This document shows positions 27,574 to 37,256 of a DNA stretch of 64,000 nucleotides, in pieces (the stretch's first letter is position 1; each line of letters begins with the position of its first letter). Under the pieces are notes generated by a model. That model ran no database searches, was not told the DNA's origin, and worked only from the letters and a program-made list of their open reading frames with translations. The DNA is from a virus, in IMG/VR virus record IMGVR_UViG_3300028831_000155, positions 6,725-70,724 of that record. One strand, given 5' to 3'. Position numbers and translations under genes: made by a program.

Positions 27574-28896
27574 CTACGCAGTCAGCGCAGTGCTCTGCGG
27601 CTCCCTGATTGCAGCATCGAAGACTGCGGCCGCATCACTCCACCTGAATGTCTTGCGCACGTGCTCGATCCCCGCGCGGCCATAGCGCTTGCGGAAGCCG
27701 CTGTTCAGATACAGGTGCTCTATCGCCTCGGTGAAAGCGGGGATATCTGCGGCGAACATATCCTGTCCACCGGGCGCGGTGACCATGAAGCCGCCCTCGA
27801 TCAGCACGCCTCCGGGTCCAACCACCTCGGGAATGGATGACACGTTCTGAGCGATAACCGGCACGCCACAGGCCAGTGCCTCGCCGAGGGTGAGCCCGAA
27901 ACCTTCTCCGAACGAAGTCGTTACAAACAGGTCCGCGGCGTTGTAGAGCGCCACCAGATCGTTGTTGTCCCAGCCGGTCCAGTCGATGAAATCGGTCGGC
28001 AATTTGAAGCGCGGTGCGGTTTCCACGTCCCTCGTGAACAATTCCGGCATCTGCACGCCACCTGCCGCAGGGTCGCTGCCTGCACAATGGAAATGCGCGT
28101 ACACGTCATCGTGGCGCTGCATGACTGGCAGGATGGCCTTCCACGTCGAGGCGAAGTCCTTGCGCCACGAGTTCTTGTCCACTCGCAGGATCAGGAACGA
28201 ATCGGGCGGATAGCCAAACAGTTGCTTGGCTTCACGCTTGGAGGTGATCTTGCGGTCCCGCGACCAGATCGGCTGCTTGTCCGATACCGGATGGAAGACT
28301 TCAGTGTCGATGCCGTGATAGGCGAGGTCCGATCCGGGCATCTGGGCCTGCCCGAACTTGCTCATCGCGATCTGGTGCGATACCTCGAACGTCTCGCCGT
28401 TGACCTTGATCTGGCGCAGAGCATCCCAGCCCTTCGGCCCGTTCAGGCCATCGCGCGGCTGGTAGGTAATCAGCGTCCGGTCCCCGCTATCGAACAGGGT
28501 CTTGTATTTGAGCAGGACCAGTTCAGGATCGAACTTGTTGCGGAACAGGTAATGAGTGCAGATAAACGGGTCGTTGAAGATGACGACCGCGTGCGGCATG
28601 ACCTTGCCCAGCACCTCGACCACCCGCGTGTATCCGTAGATATCCGAGGGCTCGATGCTGCTCGCCATCATCAGGCTGACCTTGGATGGCTTGGAGTCGC
28701 CGCGATAGTTGACGCCTAGAACCGTGACCTCATGGCCGCGATCCACTAGCCGATTGCAAATCTCCTGCGTGGCCCTTCCGAACCCTGTAGACGCCCAATC
28801 TCCAAGCCACAGGACTCTAGCCATTCGGGAAGCAGCGACGGCAGGCACGCGCCCCGCCGTTCGCCAGTAGTTCCTCTGCCTGCTCTCGGCCCGCAT
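27574..28896 (-). CDS. GT-B glycosyltransferase (family 4-like)
   Basis: EGFGLTLGEALACGVPVIA (E-x7-E motif); 440 aa. Confidence 0.7.
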   Translation of the reverse strand: MRAESRQRNYWRTAGRVPAVAASRMARVLWLGDWASTGFGRATQEICNRLVDRGHEVTVLGVNYRGDSKPSKVSLMMASSIEPSDIYGYTRVVEVLGKVMPHAVVIFNDPFICTHYLFRNKFDPELVLLKYKTLFDSGDRTLITYQPRDGLNGPKGWDALRQIKVNGETFEVSHQIAMSKFGQAQMPGSDLAYHGIDTEVFHPVSDKQPIWSRDRKITSKREAKQLFGYPPDSFLILRVDKNSWRKDFASTWKAILPVMQRHDDVYAHFHCAGSDPAAGGVQMPELFTRDVETAPRFKLPTDFIDWTGWDNNDLVALYNAADLFVTTSFGEGFGLTLGEALACGVPVIAQNVSSIPEVVGPGGVLIEGGFMVTAPGGQDMFAADIPAFTEAIEHLYLNSGFRKRYGRAGIEHVRKTFRWSDAAAVFDAAIREPQSTALTA

Positions 28897-29011
28897 CGCC
28901 GATGAACTCGGTTCGGCCCTTCAGGGCATCGAGGTTATCACCCTCAAAACTGCGGCCATCCACCACTAGGTGCATAACCTTGGTCGCTGCATTGAGCACG
29001 TAGGTTTTCAT
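28817..29011 (-). CDS. hypothetical small protein
   Basis: 64 aa; overlaps the end of the glycosyltransferase gene; Cys-containing. Confidence 0.3.
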   Translation of the reverse strand: MKTYVLNAATKVMHLVVDGRSFEGDNLDALKGRTEFIGDAGREQAEELLANGGARACRRCFPNG

Positions 29012-29319
29012 TGCCTTCTCACCACGATCTGATTGGTGGGATCGGTGGTCTGAATGGATGCATCGTTGTAGTGAAGCTCGAATTGGACCTGATACGTGCC
29101 GGGACGGGATAGGTCATCCGCGGCCCACGAGTAGCGGACCCTGCCGGTTGGCTTGTCCACGAAGTCCGCGGCCGCATTGACCGTGTAGCGCTTGTCAGTG
29201 TTCTCGCGCATCTGGAAGCGGACGGTAGCCACATCGGATAGGTCAATCGGATCGCCGCTGACCGAATCTTTGAGTGTGGCATTCAGGTCGGGCTTGGTGT
29301 CGCCCTGCACAAATTCCAT
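29008..29319 (-). CDS. hypothetical structural (Ig-like?) protein
   Basis: 103 aa upstream of and co-oriented with the fibre genes. Confidence 0.35.
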   Translation of the reverse strand: MEFVQGDTKPDLNATLKDSVSGDPIDLSDVATVRFQMRENTDKRYTVNAAADFVDKPTGRVRYSWAADDLSRPGTYQVQFELHYNDASIQTTDPTNQIVVRRQ

Positions 29320-29328
29320 GCCACTCTC

Positions 29329-30903
29329 CTAACTGACAGGGTTGCTGTCGGTCTCGCTCCAAGGGCCGTAGCGTACATCCACGAAGGCGTCGAGACTGAA
29401 CGAGGTTTCGACTGGTGGCGCTGCCGCGCTGATCTCGGAGTCTAGCGTCAGGCTCGCGCTCTGGCTCGCGAATAGCACCGCATCTGCGGCAACGCTGGTC
29501 TGGGCGCTCCTGAGCAGGACCGAATCTAGGTTGAGCGCCGCAGCCTGCTCGGATTGAATGACCGCATCTAGGTCGAGATGCAGGACTGCCGAAGCACTGA
29601 TGAAGGCATCCAGCGTCAGGCTTGCTGTCTGCGGCGCGGACAGAACCGCATCTAGGTCGAGCGAAACCTGCTGGCTGCCTCGCAGCACTCCATCCAGCGT
29701 TAGGCTCTGTGATCGCGGCGCCTGTAGAACTGCGTCCAGACCCAGTGCTGCAGACTGGGTGACCTTGATAGTCGCATCCGCTGTCAGGCTTTGCGAATGG
29801 CTACGAGACAGAAGCGCATCGACCGTTAGTGTCGCCGAGTGCGTAACCCGCAGGACCGCATTCAGGCTGGCTGAGACGCTCTGGGTGCGGAGCGTGGTCG
29901 CATCTAGGCTCAGGCTGGCGGCTTGTGTCTTACGTACGACCGCATCTGCGACCAGCGAGGCTGACTGGGTTCCTTTGAGGACCGCGTTGAGCGGCAGCGA
30001 GGCAGATTGCGTCTTGGCAATAAGCGCATTCAGGCTGAGTGACGTGCTCTGGGTCCTGAGCAGCGTTGCATCTGCGGTGAGGCTGGCCGTCAGGGTCTTC
30101 TTGAGGACCGCATCAGCCGTCAGTGAGGCCGACTGGATGCTCTTGAGAATCGCGTCAGCGGCTAGCGAGGCCGACTGCGTGTCTTGCAGGATCGCGTCCG
30201 CTGTGAACGAGGTAATGACCGTCGCGCCGGGGCGGAAGACCGCCGCGACTATCGCGGCACCGGATAGGTTGGTGGTGACCGAGAAGGCCGCAACAGCAGT
30301 ATCGGCACCGGAGTTCGAGTTGGTGATGCCGTAGGCGAACGAGTAGTGGTTCTGACTCGATGTACCGTTGTTATTGCCAGCCGCAGTAACGGTGGTGACG
30401 TGGTTCGAGGTGAACGTGTCGTTCGGCGAGCGAGCCGTCGAGCGGCGGTCTGCCACCGCCATGAGCAATAGACAAGCACTGGCAGGATCGGCGCCAGACA
30501 GGGTGACTGTGGTTGGTGAGGCCGAGGCGGTGCCCGATCCATCTGCCACATCCAGCGAAGAAACCGCACCTGAGTACTCGGCCAGTTGCGCGGCGATGAC
30601 GCCAGAGGTGATGGCCGCGATAGTCGGAGCAGCATCAGAGCCGAGCGCGACCTTGGCATAGATCGTGGCCGAAGCGTTGGTGCCCGCTATCTGCTTGGCA
30701 ATGAACCAGCCATCAGGCGTGGTTGGCAGGGTGGCAACGCCCTCGACCGATACGAAGCAGACCAGCAGGTTGCCAGCGGTGCGGTTCTCGGATACTCCGA
30801 AAGTCGGGCTGACGGCATTACCCGCGGTGCCCTGCGTGGCAGTCCCGATGGTCCCAACCAATGCGATTGCCACTACACGCCTCCCCGCACGCGGCGATAC
30901 CAC
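29329..30903 (-). CDS. fibre protein with 14-aa tandem repeats (about 19 units)
   Basis: 524 aa; C-terminal half built from SASLTADAVLKxTQ-type units. Confidence 0.55.
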   Translation of the reverse strand: MVSPRAGRRVVAIALVGTIGTATQGTAGNAVSPTFGVSENRTAGNLLVCFVSVEGVATLPTTPDGWFIAKQIAGTNASATIYAKVALGSDAAPTIAAITSGVIAAQLAEYSGAVSSLDVADGSGTASASPTTVTLSGADPASACLLLMAVADRRSTARSPNDTFTSNHVTTVTAAGNNNGTSSQNHYSFAYGITNSNSGADTAVAAFSVTTNLSGAAIVAAVFRPGATVITSFTADAILQDTQSASLAADAILKSIQSASLTADAVLKKTLTASLTADATLLRTQSTSLSLNALIAKTQSASLPLNAVLKGTQSASLVADAVVRKTQAASLSLDATTLRTQSVSASLNAVLRVTHSATLTVDALLSRSHSQSLTADATIKVTQSAALGLDAVLQAPRSQSLTLDGVLRGSQQVSLDLDAVLSAPQTASLTLDAFISASAVLHLDLDAVIQSEQAAALNLDSVLLRSAQTSVAADAVLFASQSASLTLDSEISAAAPPVETSFSLDAFVDVRYGPWSETDSNPVS

Positions 30904-33900
30904 GTGCCAGCCGAGAGCGGGTCAACGATGGTCAGGCGCGCCGCGTTGCCGCAGTATGCGATTGGGACTCCACTGGGCGGGAATGGCTGCCACGTGGCTC
31001 CGTCAAAGTATTCCCAGTTGGCCGTATCAATAGTGGTCCGATAATCACGGTAATTCGGACCGTTGAAACTTGGTGTCTGATCGAGTTCGATCTCGAACTG
31101 CATGGGCAGTACCGAGTTCGGCATCTGGAAGGTCAGGACCGGCGTGCCGCTGATCGGGTCGCCGTCTGGCGGGCTGATCCACGTCGGCTGCCCAATCAGG
31201 ACGATGACCGCATCAAAAGTCAGGCTGCGGCGATGGACTCCGTAGTCGAACTCGGCGTAGATGAAATCGGCGGCCAACTCAGCGGTGATGGCGCTCGTGG
31301 TGAATTCGGCAGAAATCCCTGAGACTTCCAAGTCAGCGACGAGCGTCGCAACAGAGAGTTCGGCACTGATGGCCGCCGCAGAAATATCGGCGCTGATGTG
31401 GGAGGGATGAATCCCCGCGATCCACGCCGAGAGGGTTAGGCTCTTGCTCTCGGTGGCCCTGAGAACCGCGTCAGCGGTAAGTGCCTGATTGACTGCGGCG
31501 CTGATGATCGCATCGAGTCGCAGTGTGGCCTGCGTCGCACCACTGATCGTGGCATCCAGCGTGAAACTGGTGCTCTGGCTGCGGAAAACAATTGCGTCCG
31601 CAGTGAGAGAACGCTTCTGAACACGGAGCAGGACCGCATCGAGAGTGAGGGCAACGGTGGGCGGTACGAGGACCGCATCGAGCGTAAGAGAGGCACTTCG
31701 CGGGGACAGGATTACCGCATCGGCGGTGAAGGCACCTGTGCGCCCCTTGCGAAGCACCGCATCCGCCGTGAGGGCGGCGGAGAATGTTCTCTTTACAACG
31801 GCATCAACGGTGAGCGAAGCGCTTTGCGCTCGCCGCAGAACCGCGTCGAGTGTGAATGTAACAGATTGCGTCCGCTTTGCAATAGCGTCGAGCGTTAGGC
31901 TCGCGCTTTGGGTGCGGAACAGGACCGCATCGACCGTCAGGTTATGAGTGGCCGATGTTGAAATCGACGCATCTAGCGTCAGTGATGCACTGCGGCCTGC
32001 CTTTATGACCGCATCGGCATTCAGGCTGGCAGCCTGCGTGCGCAGGATTACCGCATCGGTAGTGAGAGCCGCAGATTCGGTCGCTCGAATGACCGCATCG
32101 AGTATCAAAGCGGCGTTTTGGGTCGCCTTTGTAACGGCGTCGAGGTTGAGTGCGGCGCTCTGGGTTCGGAGGAGTACCGCGTCGGTCGTTAGGGCCGCAG
32201 ACTCAGTGGCCTTGAGAACTGCGTCCAGACTGAAGCCGGTAACACCGACGCCTTGGACCCAAGCGTTGAGATTGAGGCTGGCGCTCTGCGTGACACGGAT
32301 GACCGCATCTAGGGTCAACCGTGGACTGATGACCGCATCGAGGCTCAGGCTCGCGGTCTCGGTTGTCTTGATTACGGCGTCGAGCGTGAAGCTCGGCATC
32401 AGTACCGCGTCGAGGCTTAGAGCAGCGGCCTGCGTTCGGAATAGAACCGCGTCTGCGGTCATCACCGCCGACTGGCCGCGCAGGATCACCGCATCCGCTG
32501 TGAGGGCGGCCGTCTGAGTGACACGCAGAATCGCGTCAGCAGTCAGGCTGGCGGCTTCGATACGCTCGATGACAGCATCGAGGGTTAGCGAGGCGCTTTC
32601 GGTCGCCTTCAGCACCGCGTCCGCTGTGAAAGCGGCGGTCTGCGTGTGCAGGATTACAGCGTCGAGGCTCAGGCTTGCCGATTGGGTCCTGAGCAGAACG
32701 CTATCGAGCGTGAGAGTCGCAGTCTGACTACGCAGGATGACTGCATCAGCCGTCAGCGCCGCGCTCTGAGTGACGCGCAGAACCGCGTTGAGGGTGAACG
32801 AGGCTTGCTGCGTACCGGCCGCGATAACCGCGTCGAGAGTGAACGAGGCGGTGTGACCGATCTGCATGGTCGCCACGTCGCTGGTCTGCGGCGATTCAGC
32901 AGTTGTTCGATTGAAACTCCCGGTGCGGGTTGCTACATCAGAAGTCAGCGGCGACTCAGCAGTGGTGCGACTGAAGGTTGCAGTGCGAGTCGCTACGTCG
33001 GAAGTGGTCGCACTCTCTGTGTCAGTCCTGTTGAATGTGCCGATGCGTGTAGCCGCGTCTGAAGTAGTCGGCGACTCCGAATCAGCCCTGTTGAAAGTGC
33101 CGATTCGCGTGGCTACGTCGCTGGTAGTCGGAGACTCAGATGTAGTACGACTGAATCCGACCTGCCGAGTGGCGACATCGGCCGTAGTCGGCGTCTCGGC
33201 CGTTGTGCGAGAGAAGGTGCCGGTACGTGTCGCTACGTCAGAACTTGTCGGCGACTCGTTCTCGTTGCGGCTTTCACCCTCGACCGCCAGCGCCGAGTCA
33301 GAGGTGGTGGGCGCCTCTGAGGTGGTGCGATTGAAGGTCCCGGTTCTGGTGGCTGAATCGGATGTAGTCGGTGATTCAGACGTGGACCGCGGGAAGCCGA
33401 CCGACCGTGTGGCTGCATCAGAAGTGGTCGGCGCTTCAGCGCTGGTGCGACTGAAGGTGCCGGTTCGAGTAGCAGCATCGGAGGTCAGCGGCGATTCACT
33501 GGTGGTGCGCGAGAACGTGCCCGTCCTCGTCGCCACGTCCGAGGTGGTCGGAGACTCACTGGTAGTTCGATGAAGACCGACTACACGGGTGGCCGCATCA
33601 CTGCTGGTAGGCGCTTCAGTGGTAGTGCGTGTGTAGCCCACCGACCGCGTAGCAACGTCTGAAGTTGTGAGCGCCTCCGCGGTAGTCCTAGAAAGAGTGG
33701 ACGTTCGGGTAGCAACATCAGAAATGGTCGGGGCTTCTGAAGTGGTGCGGCTGAACGTACCAGTGCGCGTCGCCGCATCAGAACTAGTCGGCGCTTCCGA
33801 GGTCGTTCTCTTGAACGCGCCTGTTCTGGTGGCTACATCGGCGGAAGTTGGGGCTTCGGCAGTAGTGCGAGAGAACGTACCTGTTCTGGTCGCAACATCG

Positions 33901-34079
33901 GAACTAGTCGGTGCCTCGGCTGCAGTACGGCCGAACGTACCAGTACGGGTGGCAACGTCTGAGGTGGTGGGCGCCTCTGTAGTAGTCGCCTGCGCGTTCT
34001 GGGGCCCGCTAACAGGCTGAGTTGGAGGCAGCCGTTGAATAAACGGCCCGCGGCGAAATAGGCCACGAGAACTCGCCAC
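30873..34079 (-). CDS. giant fibre protein: about 19 Ser/Thr-rich 20-aa repeats (APTSSDVATRTGTFSRTTAE) + about 38 14-aa repeats (SASLTLDAVLxRTQ) + C-terminal globular domain
   Basis: 1068 aa; 60-nt and 42-nt tandem DNA repeats are visible on both strands. Confidence 0.6.
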   Translation of the reverse strand: MASSRGLFRRGPFIQRLPPTQPVSGPQNAQATTTEAPTTSDVATRTGTFGRTAAEAPTSSDVATRTGTFSRTTAEAPTSADVATRTGAFKRTTSEAPTSSDAATRTGTFSRTTSEAPTISDVATRTSTLSRTTAEALTTSDVATRSVGYTRTTTEAPTSSDAATRVVGLHRTTSESPTTSDVATRTGTFSRTTSESPLTSDAATRTGTFSRTSAEAPTTSDAATRSVGFPRSTSESPTTSDSATRTGTFNRTTSEAPTTSDSALAVEGESRNENESPTSSDVATRTGTFSRTTAETPTTADVATRQVGFSRTTSESPTTSDVATRIGTFNRADSESPTTSDAATRIGTFNRTDTESATTSDVATRTATFSRTTAESPLTSDVATRTGSFNRTTAESPQTSDVATMQIGHTASFTLDAVIAAGTQQASFTLNAVLRVTQSAALTADAVILRSQTATLTLDSVLLRTQSASLSLDAVILHTQTAAFTADAVLKATESASLTLDAVIERIEAASLTADAILRVTQTAALTADAVILRGQSAVMTADAVLFRTQAAALSLDAVLMPSFTLDAVIKTTETASLSLDAVISPRLTLDAVIRVTQSASLNLNAWVQGVGVTGFSLDAVLKATESAALTTDAVLLRTQSAALNLDAVTKATQNAALILDAVIRATESAALTTDAVILRTQAASLNADAVIKAGRSASLTLDASISTSATHNLTVDAVLFRTQSASLTLDAIAKRTQSVTFTLDAVLRRAQSASLTVDAVVKRTFSAALTADAVLRKGRTGAFTADAVILSPRSASLTLDAVLVPPTVALTLDAVLLRVQKRSLTADAIVFRSQSTSFTLDATISGATQATLRLDAIISAAVNQALTADAVLRATESKSLTLSAWIAGIHPSHISADISAAAISAELSVATLVADLEVSGISAEFTTSAITAELAADFIYAEFDYGVHRRSLTFDAVIVLIGQPTWISPPDGDPISGTPVLTFQMPNSVLPMQFEIELDQTPSFNGPNYRDYRTTIDTANWEYFDGATWQPFPPSGVPIAYCGNAARLTIVDPLSAGTWYRRVRGGV

Positions 34080-34208
34080 GTCAGAGCCGCGATTCGATTA
34101 CGACGAGAGGGTCGGCCATTGCATTGGCCTCGACGCTAGACCTGATGGTATTCAGGTAGCCCCGTAACGTGGGGCCAGACGGCGGCTTGGGAACGCCGCT
34201 AGATGCTA

Positions 34209-35060
34209 CTACCCGGTTGTGGTGACCGTCGAAGTCACGGTCAAGGTGTCCGTGTTCACCAGAACCGCATCAGCATTCAGTACGGCTTCGAAGACCAAGA
34301 CTCCGCCAGCGGTCGTGTTCAACGCGGTGAACAGACCCATCTTGTGAATAGTCACCGAACTGGTCGAGGTGAATAGGTGCTGCATGGTGTAGTTGTTGGT
34401 GCCGCCCGAGTGAGCGAAAGTCGCAATTGCTCGCTTGAGGTCTGCGCCCGTCTGCTCCGTGGCAAGCGTGGTGTCAGCAGCAGATGCGGGGTTCGTATCC
34501 GCCGTCAGGCCCATGAAGCGCGGCGAGCAGGTGGGAGCGATGAAGTAGCCGTTGGTAGCAGCAGGGGTGGTGCCTGCGGTGTCGTTCACCAGCCACCACT
34601 GGTCCACGGTCACCACTGTGGCTGAGTTGGTGCCGACGTTGCCGTACACCGGAGCCGTGGTCAGGCCCGTGACCGGGCACCAGATCGTCCAGCCCTTGTA
34701 CTGGTCTGTGGTCATTCCACCGCCAGAGGGCGTGGCAGAAGTGGCAGAGGAAGCGGTCAGTGCTCCAGATTTGGCAGGTGAGTAGCCAAAAGCCGCATCC
34801 CACAGGTCACGGCCCACGTTGGTCAGCAGGTTATAACTGACACCGAGGTCCTCGAACGTCCCATCGGCATGAGTGACGAGGGCGTGGACAGCATCAGGTC
34901 CGAGATGCAGGGAATGCTCGACCTTGCGATTACGCATGATCGAGACTTCAGCGATATCGGAGGCGTGCAGGTGCTCGATACGCGTGCTGACCTCGCCGCC
35001 GAGAACAATCTTGGGATGTGCCATGGGTAGGTCCTTTCGGTACAGGGGATGACGGCGCAT
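34209..35060 (-). CDS. putative fibre tip / receptor-binding-like protein
   Basis: 283 aa, Thr/Gly/Asn-rich beta-type composition; true start probably the ATG at 35024 (MAHPK...). Confidence 0.35.
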   Translation of the reverse strand: MRRHPLYRKDLPMAHPKIVLGGEVSTRIEHLHASDIAEVSIMRNRKVEHSLHLGPDAVHALVTHADGTFEDLGVSYNLLTNVGRDLWDAAFGYSPAKSGALTASSATSATPSGGGMTTDQYKGWTIWCPVTGLTTAPVYGNVGTNSATVVTVDQWWLVNDTAGTTPAATNGYFIAPTCSPRFMGLTADTNPASAADTTLATEQTGADLKRAIATFAHSGGTNNYTMQHLFTSTSSVTIHKMGLFTALNTTAGGVLVFEAVLNADAVLVNTDTLTVTSTVTTTG

Positions 35061-35113
35061 TTCGCCTCCTAACAGAAGACCCGCCGAATGGCGGGCCTTT
35101 CTTGAAATCGCCG

Positions 35114-35461
35114 CTAACCGCGGCTTAGTAAATGCTCTGGTAAGAACCCAACTGCACCATCGTCGGTCACGATCTCCCAGTGCTCCTCGGTTCGCTTGCC
35201 GACCGCGATGCCTTCTTCGTCGTAGACCCGCTCGGCCTGCTCAAAGTGACGGATGGTGCCCTTCACCTTGCGAAGGACTGGTTCGCCAGCCTTACCGTAG
35301 GAATCGGAGTCTGGCGGCAATTGCTCATGGACCTTCTCGTAGACACCATGCTGCAGAGTGAAGGTGCCCTTGTCTCCATCTTTGGCAGCCTTGCCATCCT
35401 TGGTCTTGAGAGCCTTGGCTGGCATCAGGTGACCTCCTCGAACTCTAGATCGGCATTCCAC
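35114..35461 (-). CDS. hypothetical protein
   Basis: 115-aa ORF; internal Met at MPAKALK is the likely start. Confidence 0.3.
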   Translation of the reverse strand: MECRSRVRGGHLMPAKALKTKDGKAAKDGDKGTFTLQHGVYEKVHEQLPPDSDSYGKAGEPVLRKVKGTIRHFEQAERVYDEEGIAVGKRTEEHWEIVTDDGAVGFLPEHLLSRG

Positions 35462-35919
35462 GATGTGAGGGTCGTAGGTGTGCCCTGAATCTGTAAGAGG
35501 AAGGTGAGGTCAGGCCCAACCAGCGGTCGATCCTCAGGTAGAAAGATCAATTCCCAGCCATTTAGGTTGTTGAATCCCCGCTGCCCCATGGCGGTAAAGG
35601 TGCCTGCCCCGTTGGCACTGGCATTCGTTCCGCAAGTGGCCGCGGCGTTGGTGGTCCCACCTGCGATGGCGGAAGCAACCGAGTTGATCGCTGTTGGTGC
35701 CGGAGTGGTACTCGTGAACGTCCCGAATGCGCTTGCTTTCAGCCCCCAGCGAACGGCCAGTTCTTGGCTGGTAGAGGTCCCATGCTGGCCGAGGCTCATA
35801 CGATAGATGCGTAAGACTGAGGCACGGCTCGTGTAAGTAGTCGCGGCACGGATGGTAATGACTTCGCCATTAGCGATTACGGTCGCCGCCGCCATCGTTA
35901 CGGTGTACAGAGATGCCAT
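35425..35919 (-). CDS. hypothetical structural protein
   Basis: 164 aa, Thr/Ala-rich. Confidence 0.4.
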   Translation of the reverse strand: MASLYTVTMAAATVIANGEVITIRAATTYTSRASVLRIYRMSLGQHGTSTSQELAVRWGLKASAFGTFTSTTPAPTAINSVASAIAGGTTNAAATCGTNASANGAGTFTAMGQRGFNNLNGWELIFLPEDRPLVGPDLTFLLQIQGTPTTLTSWNADLEFEEVT

Positions 35920-35928
35920 GGCGGCTCC

Positions 35929-36450
35929 TTACTGGGCTAGATATTGGGGCATGGGATTGACATAGGGCACCTGAGCACTTCCGGCCACGAACAGGGTGAT
36001 GTCTTGGCCCATGTCGATGTAGGACGCGGCGTTGGTGGCTGAAGCCTCAGTGGTGCCGTCATACCAGACCGTATTGTTGTAGGAGGTGTTCATGCCTTGA
36101 GAGGCGACAGCGCGCCAGACCTCGAACACCAAGATATCTTGGTCAAGGGCGGCGACACCCACCTGACCTCCATAGGCGTCGCTCACCCAAACCTCGGACG
36201 TACTGGTATCTGACCCAGAGCTATTTCCGGTGACATTGAAGTCAACCACCACGCCGATCTTGGCTCCGGTACTCGGCCTCCATACCGCTATCACCATGCC
36301 CAGCCGGAATACAGAGTTGGTATTGCTCTCCTGCATGCCGGAAGCAAGCGTCATTCCGGCGGTGCCCACAGTCTGAGCAGCAATGGGTGCTGAGACACAG
36401 CGCAGGATCAAACTGGGCTGCGAAGCAGTCGTGGCGTTGGTCGCCAGCAC
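35929..36450 (-). CDS. hypothetical structural protein
   Basis: 173 aa. Confidence 0.4.
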   Translation of the reverse strand: MLATNATTASQPSLILRCVSAPIAAQTVGTAGMTLASGMQESNTNSVFRLGMVIAVWRPSTGAKIGVVVDFNVTGNSSGSDTSTSEVWVSDAYGGQVGVAALDQDILVFEVWRAVASQGMNTSYNNTVWYDGTTEASATNAASYIDMGQDITLFVAGSAQVPYVNPMPQYLAQ

Positions 36451-36614
36451 GATCGAGGTCTGCGCCGAGACGCTGATGGTTCCGTCCGCGACGCGGTTGG
36501 TATCCCCACCAGTGGCGATCTTGGTGGGCGTCGTGGCGCTGACACTGGCTCCAGCGGCAGGAAGTGTCCCAGTGTCCGTTGTCGTGCCCCTGTGGAGATA
36601 AAAGCGCTGAGTGA

Positions 36615-37016
36615 TTAGAGGACCGTCACCTTGAGGTCGCAGCAGCCTGAGAAGCCGGGGCCGACCGGATTATCCAAGCGCGTTTCCCTTGGGCCGAGGA
36701 TCGGGTCGTTAGCACCCACCAGACAGTCGCCTCGGTAGTCACATGTCCCCCGAACCTCCCAGCGCCGTCCGTCGGTGCAGGAGTAGCGGACATAGCCTGC
36801 CCGCTCCTCCTCGATGAAGACGTAGGGATCAGCGGTCGGAATCACGGGCTGACGCTGAACTCGCAAGAGGCAATCGCGGCCCCGCCCTGATTCTTCACGA
36901 CCTTGACCTTGGCCGTTCCCGGAACGCTGAAGGCGATCATCCCGCCCGAGCCATCTCCGTTCGCATCGGTCACGAAACCGATCTCGTCCTTCTGTCGGTC
37001 GGAGTAGGTCGTCCAA
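36615..37016 (-). CDS. possible Cys-rich small protein (start uncertain)
   Basis: C-terminal 75 aa has 6 Cys (SCTDGRRWEVRGTCDYRGDCL...GCCDL); the 5' part overlaps the next gene in another frame. Confidence 0.25.
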   Translation of the reverse strand: MDDLLRPTEGRDRFRDRCERRWLGRDDRLQRSGNGQGQGREESGRGRDCLLRVQRQPVIPTADPYVFIEEERAGYVRYSCTDGRRWEVRGTCDYRGDCLVGANDPILGPRETRLDNPVGPGFSGCCDLKVTVL

Positions 37017-37177
37017 GCCACAACCGAGGTATCGGCAGGGCCGCCCGTCAGGGTGACGGTATAGAGCTGCTGCTGGCCAACCGGATCAGGTGAGACAGAG
37101 CAGGAGCCTGTGCCTGCCATAACGGTTCCTCCTGCGGATAGGGCGATGGCGAGTGAGAGCGCGATGAGGAGTTTCAT
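36842..37177 (-). CDS. secreted or lipoprotein-like protein
   Basis: Signal peptide MKLLIALSLAIALSAGGTVMAGTGSC from the ATG at 37177. Confidence 0.45.
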   Translation of the reverse strand: MKLLIALSLAIALSAGGTVMAGTGSCSVSPDPVGQQQLYTVTLTGGPADTSVVAWTTYSDRQKDEIGFVTDANGDGSGGMIAFSVPGTAKVKVVKNQGGAAIASCEFSVSP

Positions 37178-37256
37178 TGGAATGACCTTTCTTGCTTGCG
37201 GCACCTTCTGGCACCATGTGATATCACTATAGTCATCTGATATCACGCTGGCAAGC

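Noticed and set aside
31200-33990. Regular 42-nt and 60-nt direct repeats that could resemble a CRISPR array
   Set aside because: Repeats are in-frame coding units of one long ORF with no unique spacers and no cas genes. They are protein tandem repeats.
31645-34020. Long plus-strand ORFs (31948-32517, 32866-33573, 33667-34020) antisense to the repeat-fibre gene
   Set aside because: They are generated by the periodic GC-rich repeats on the opposite strand. They lack starts with ribosome-binding sites, and their peptides mirror the repeat periodicity.
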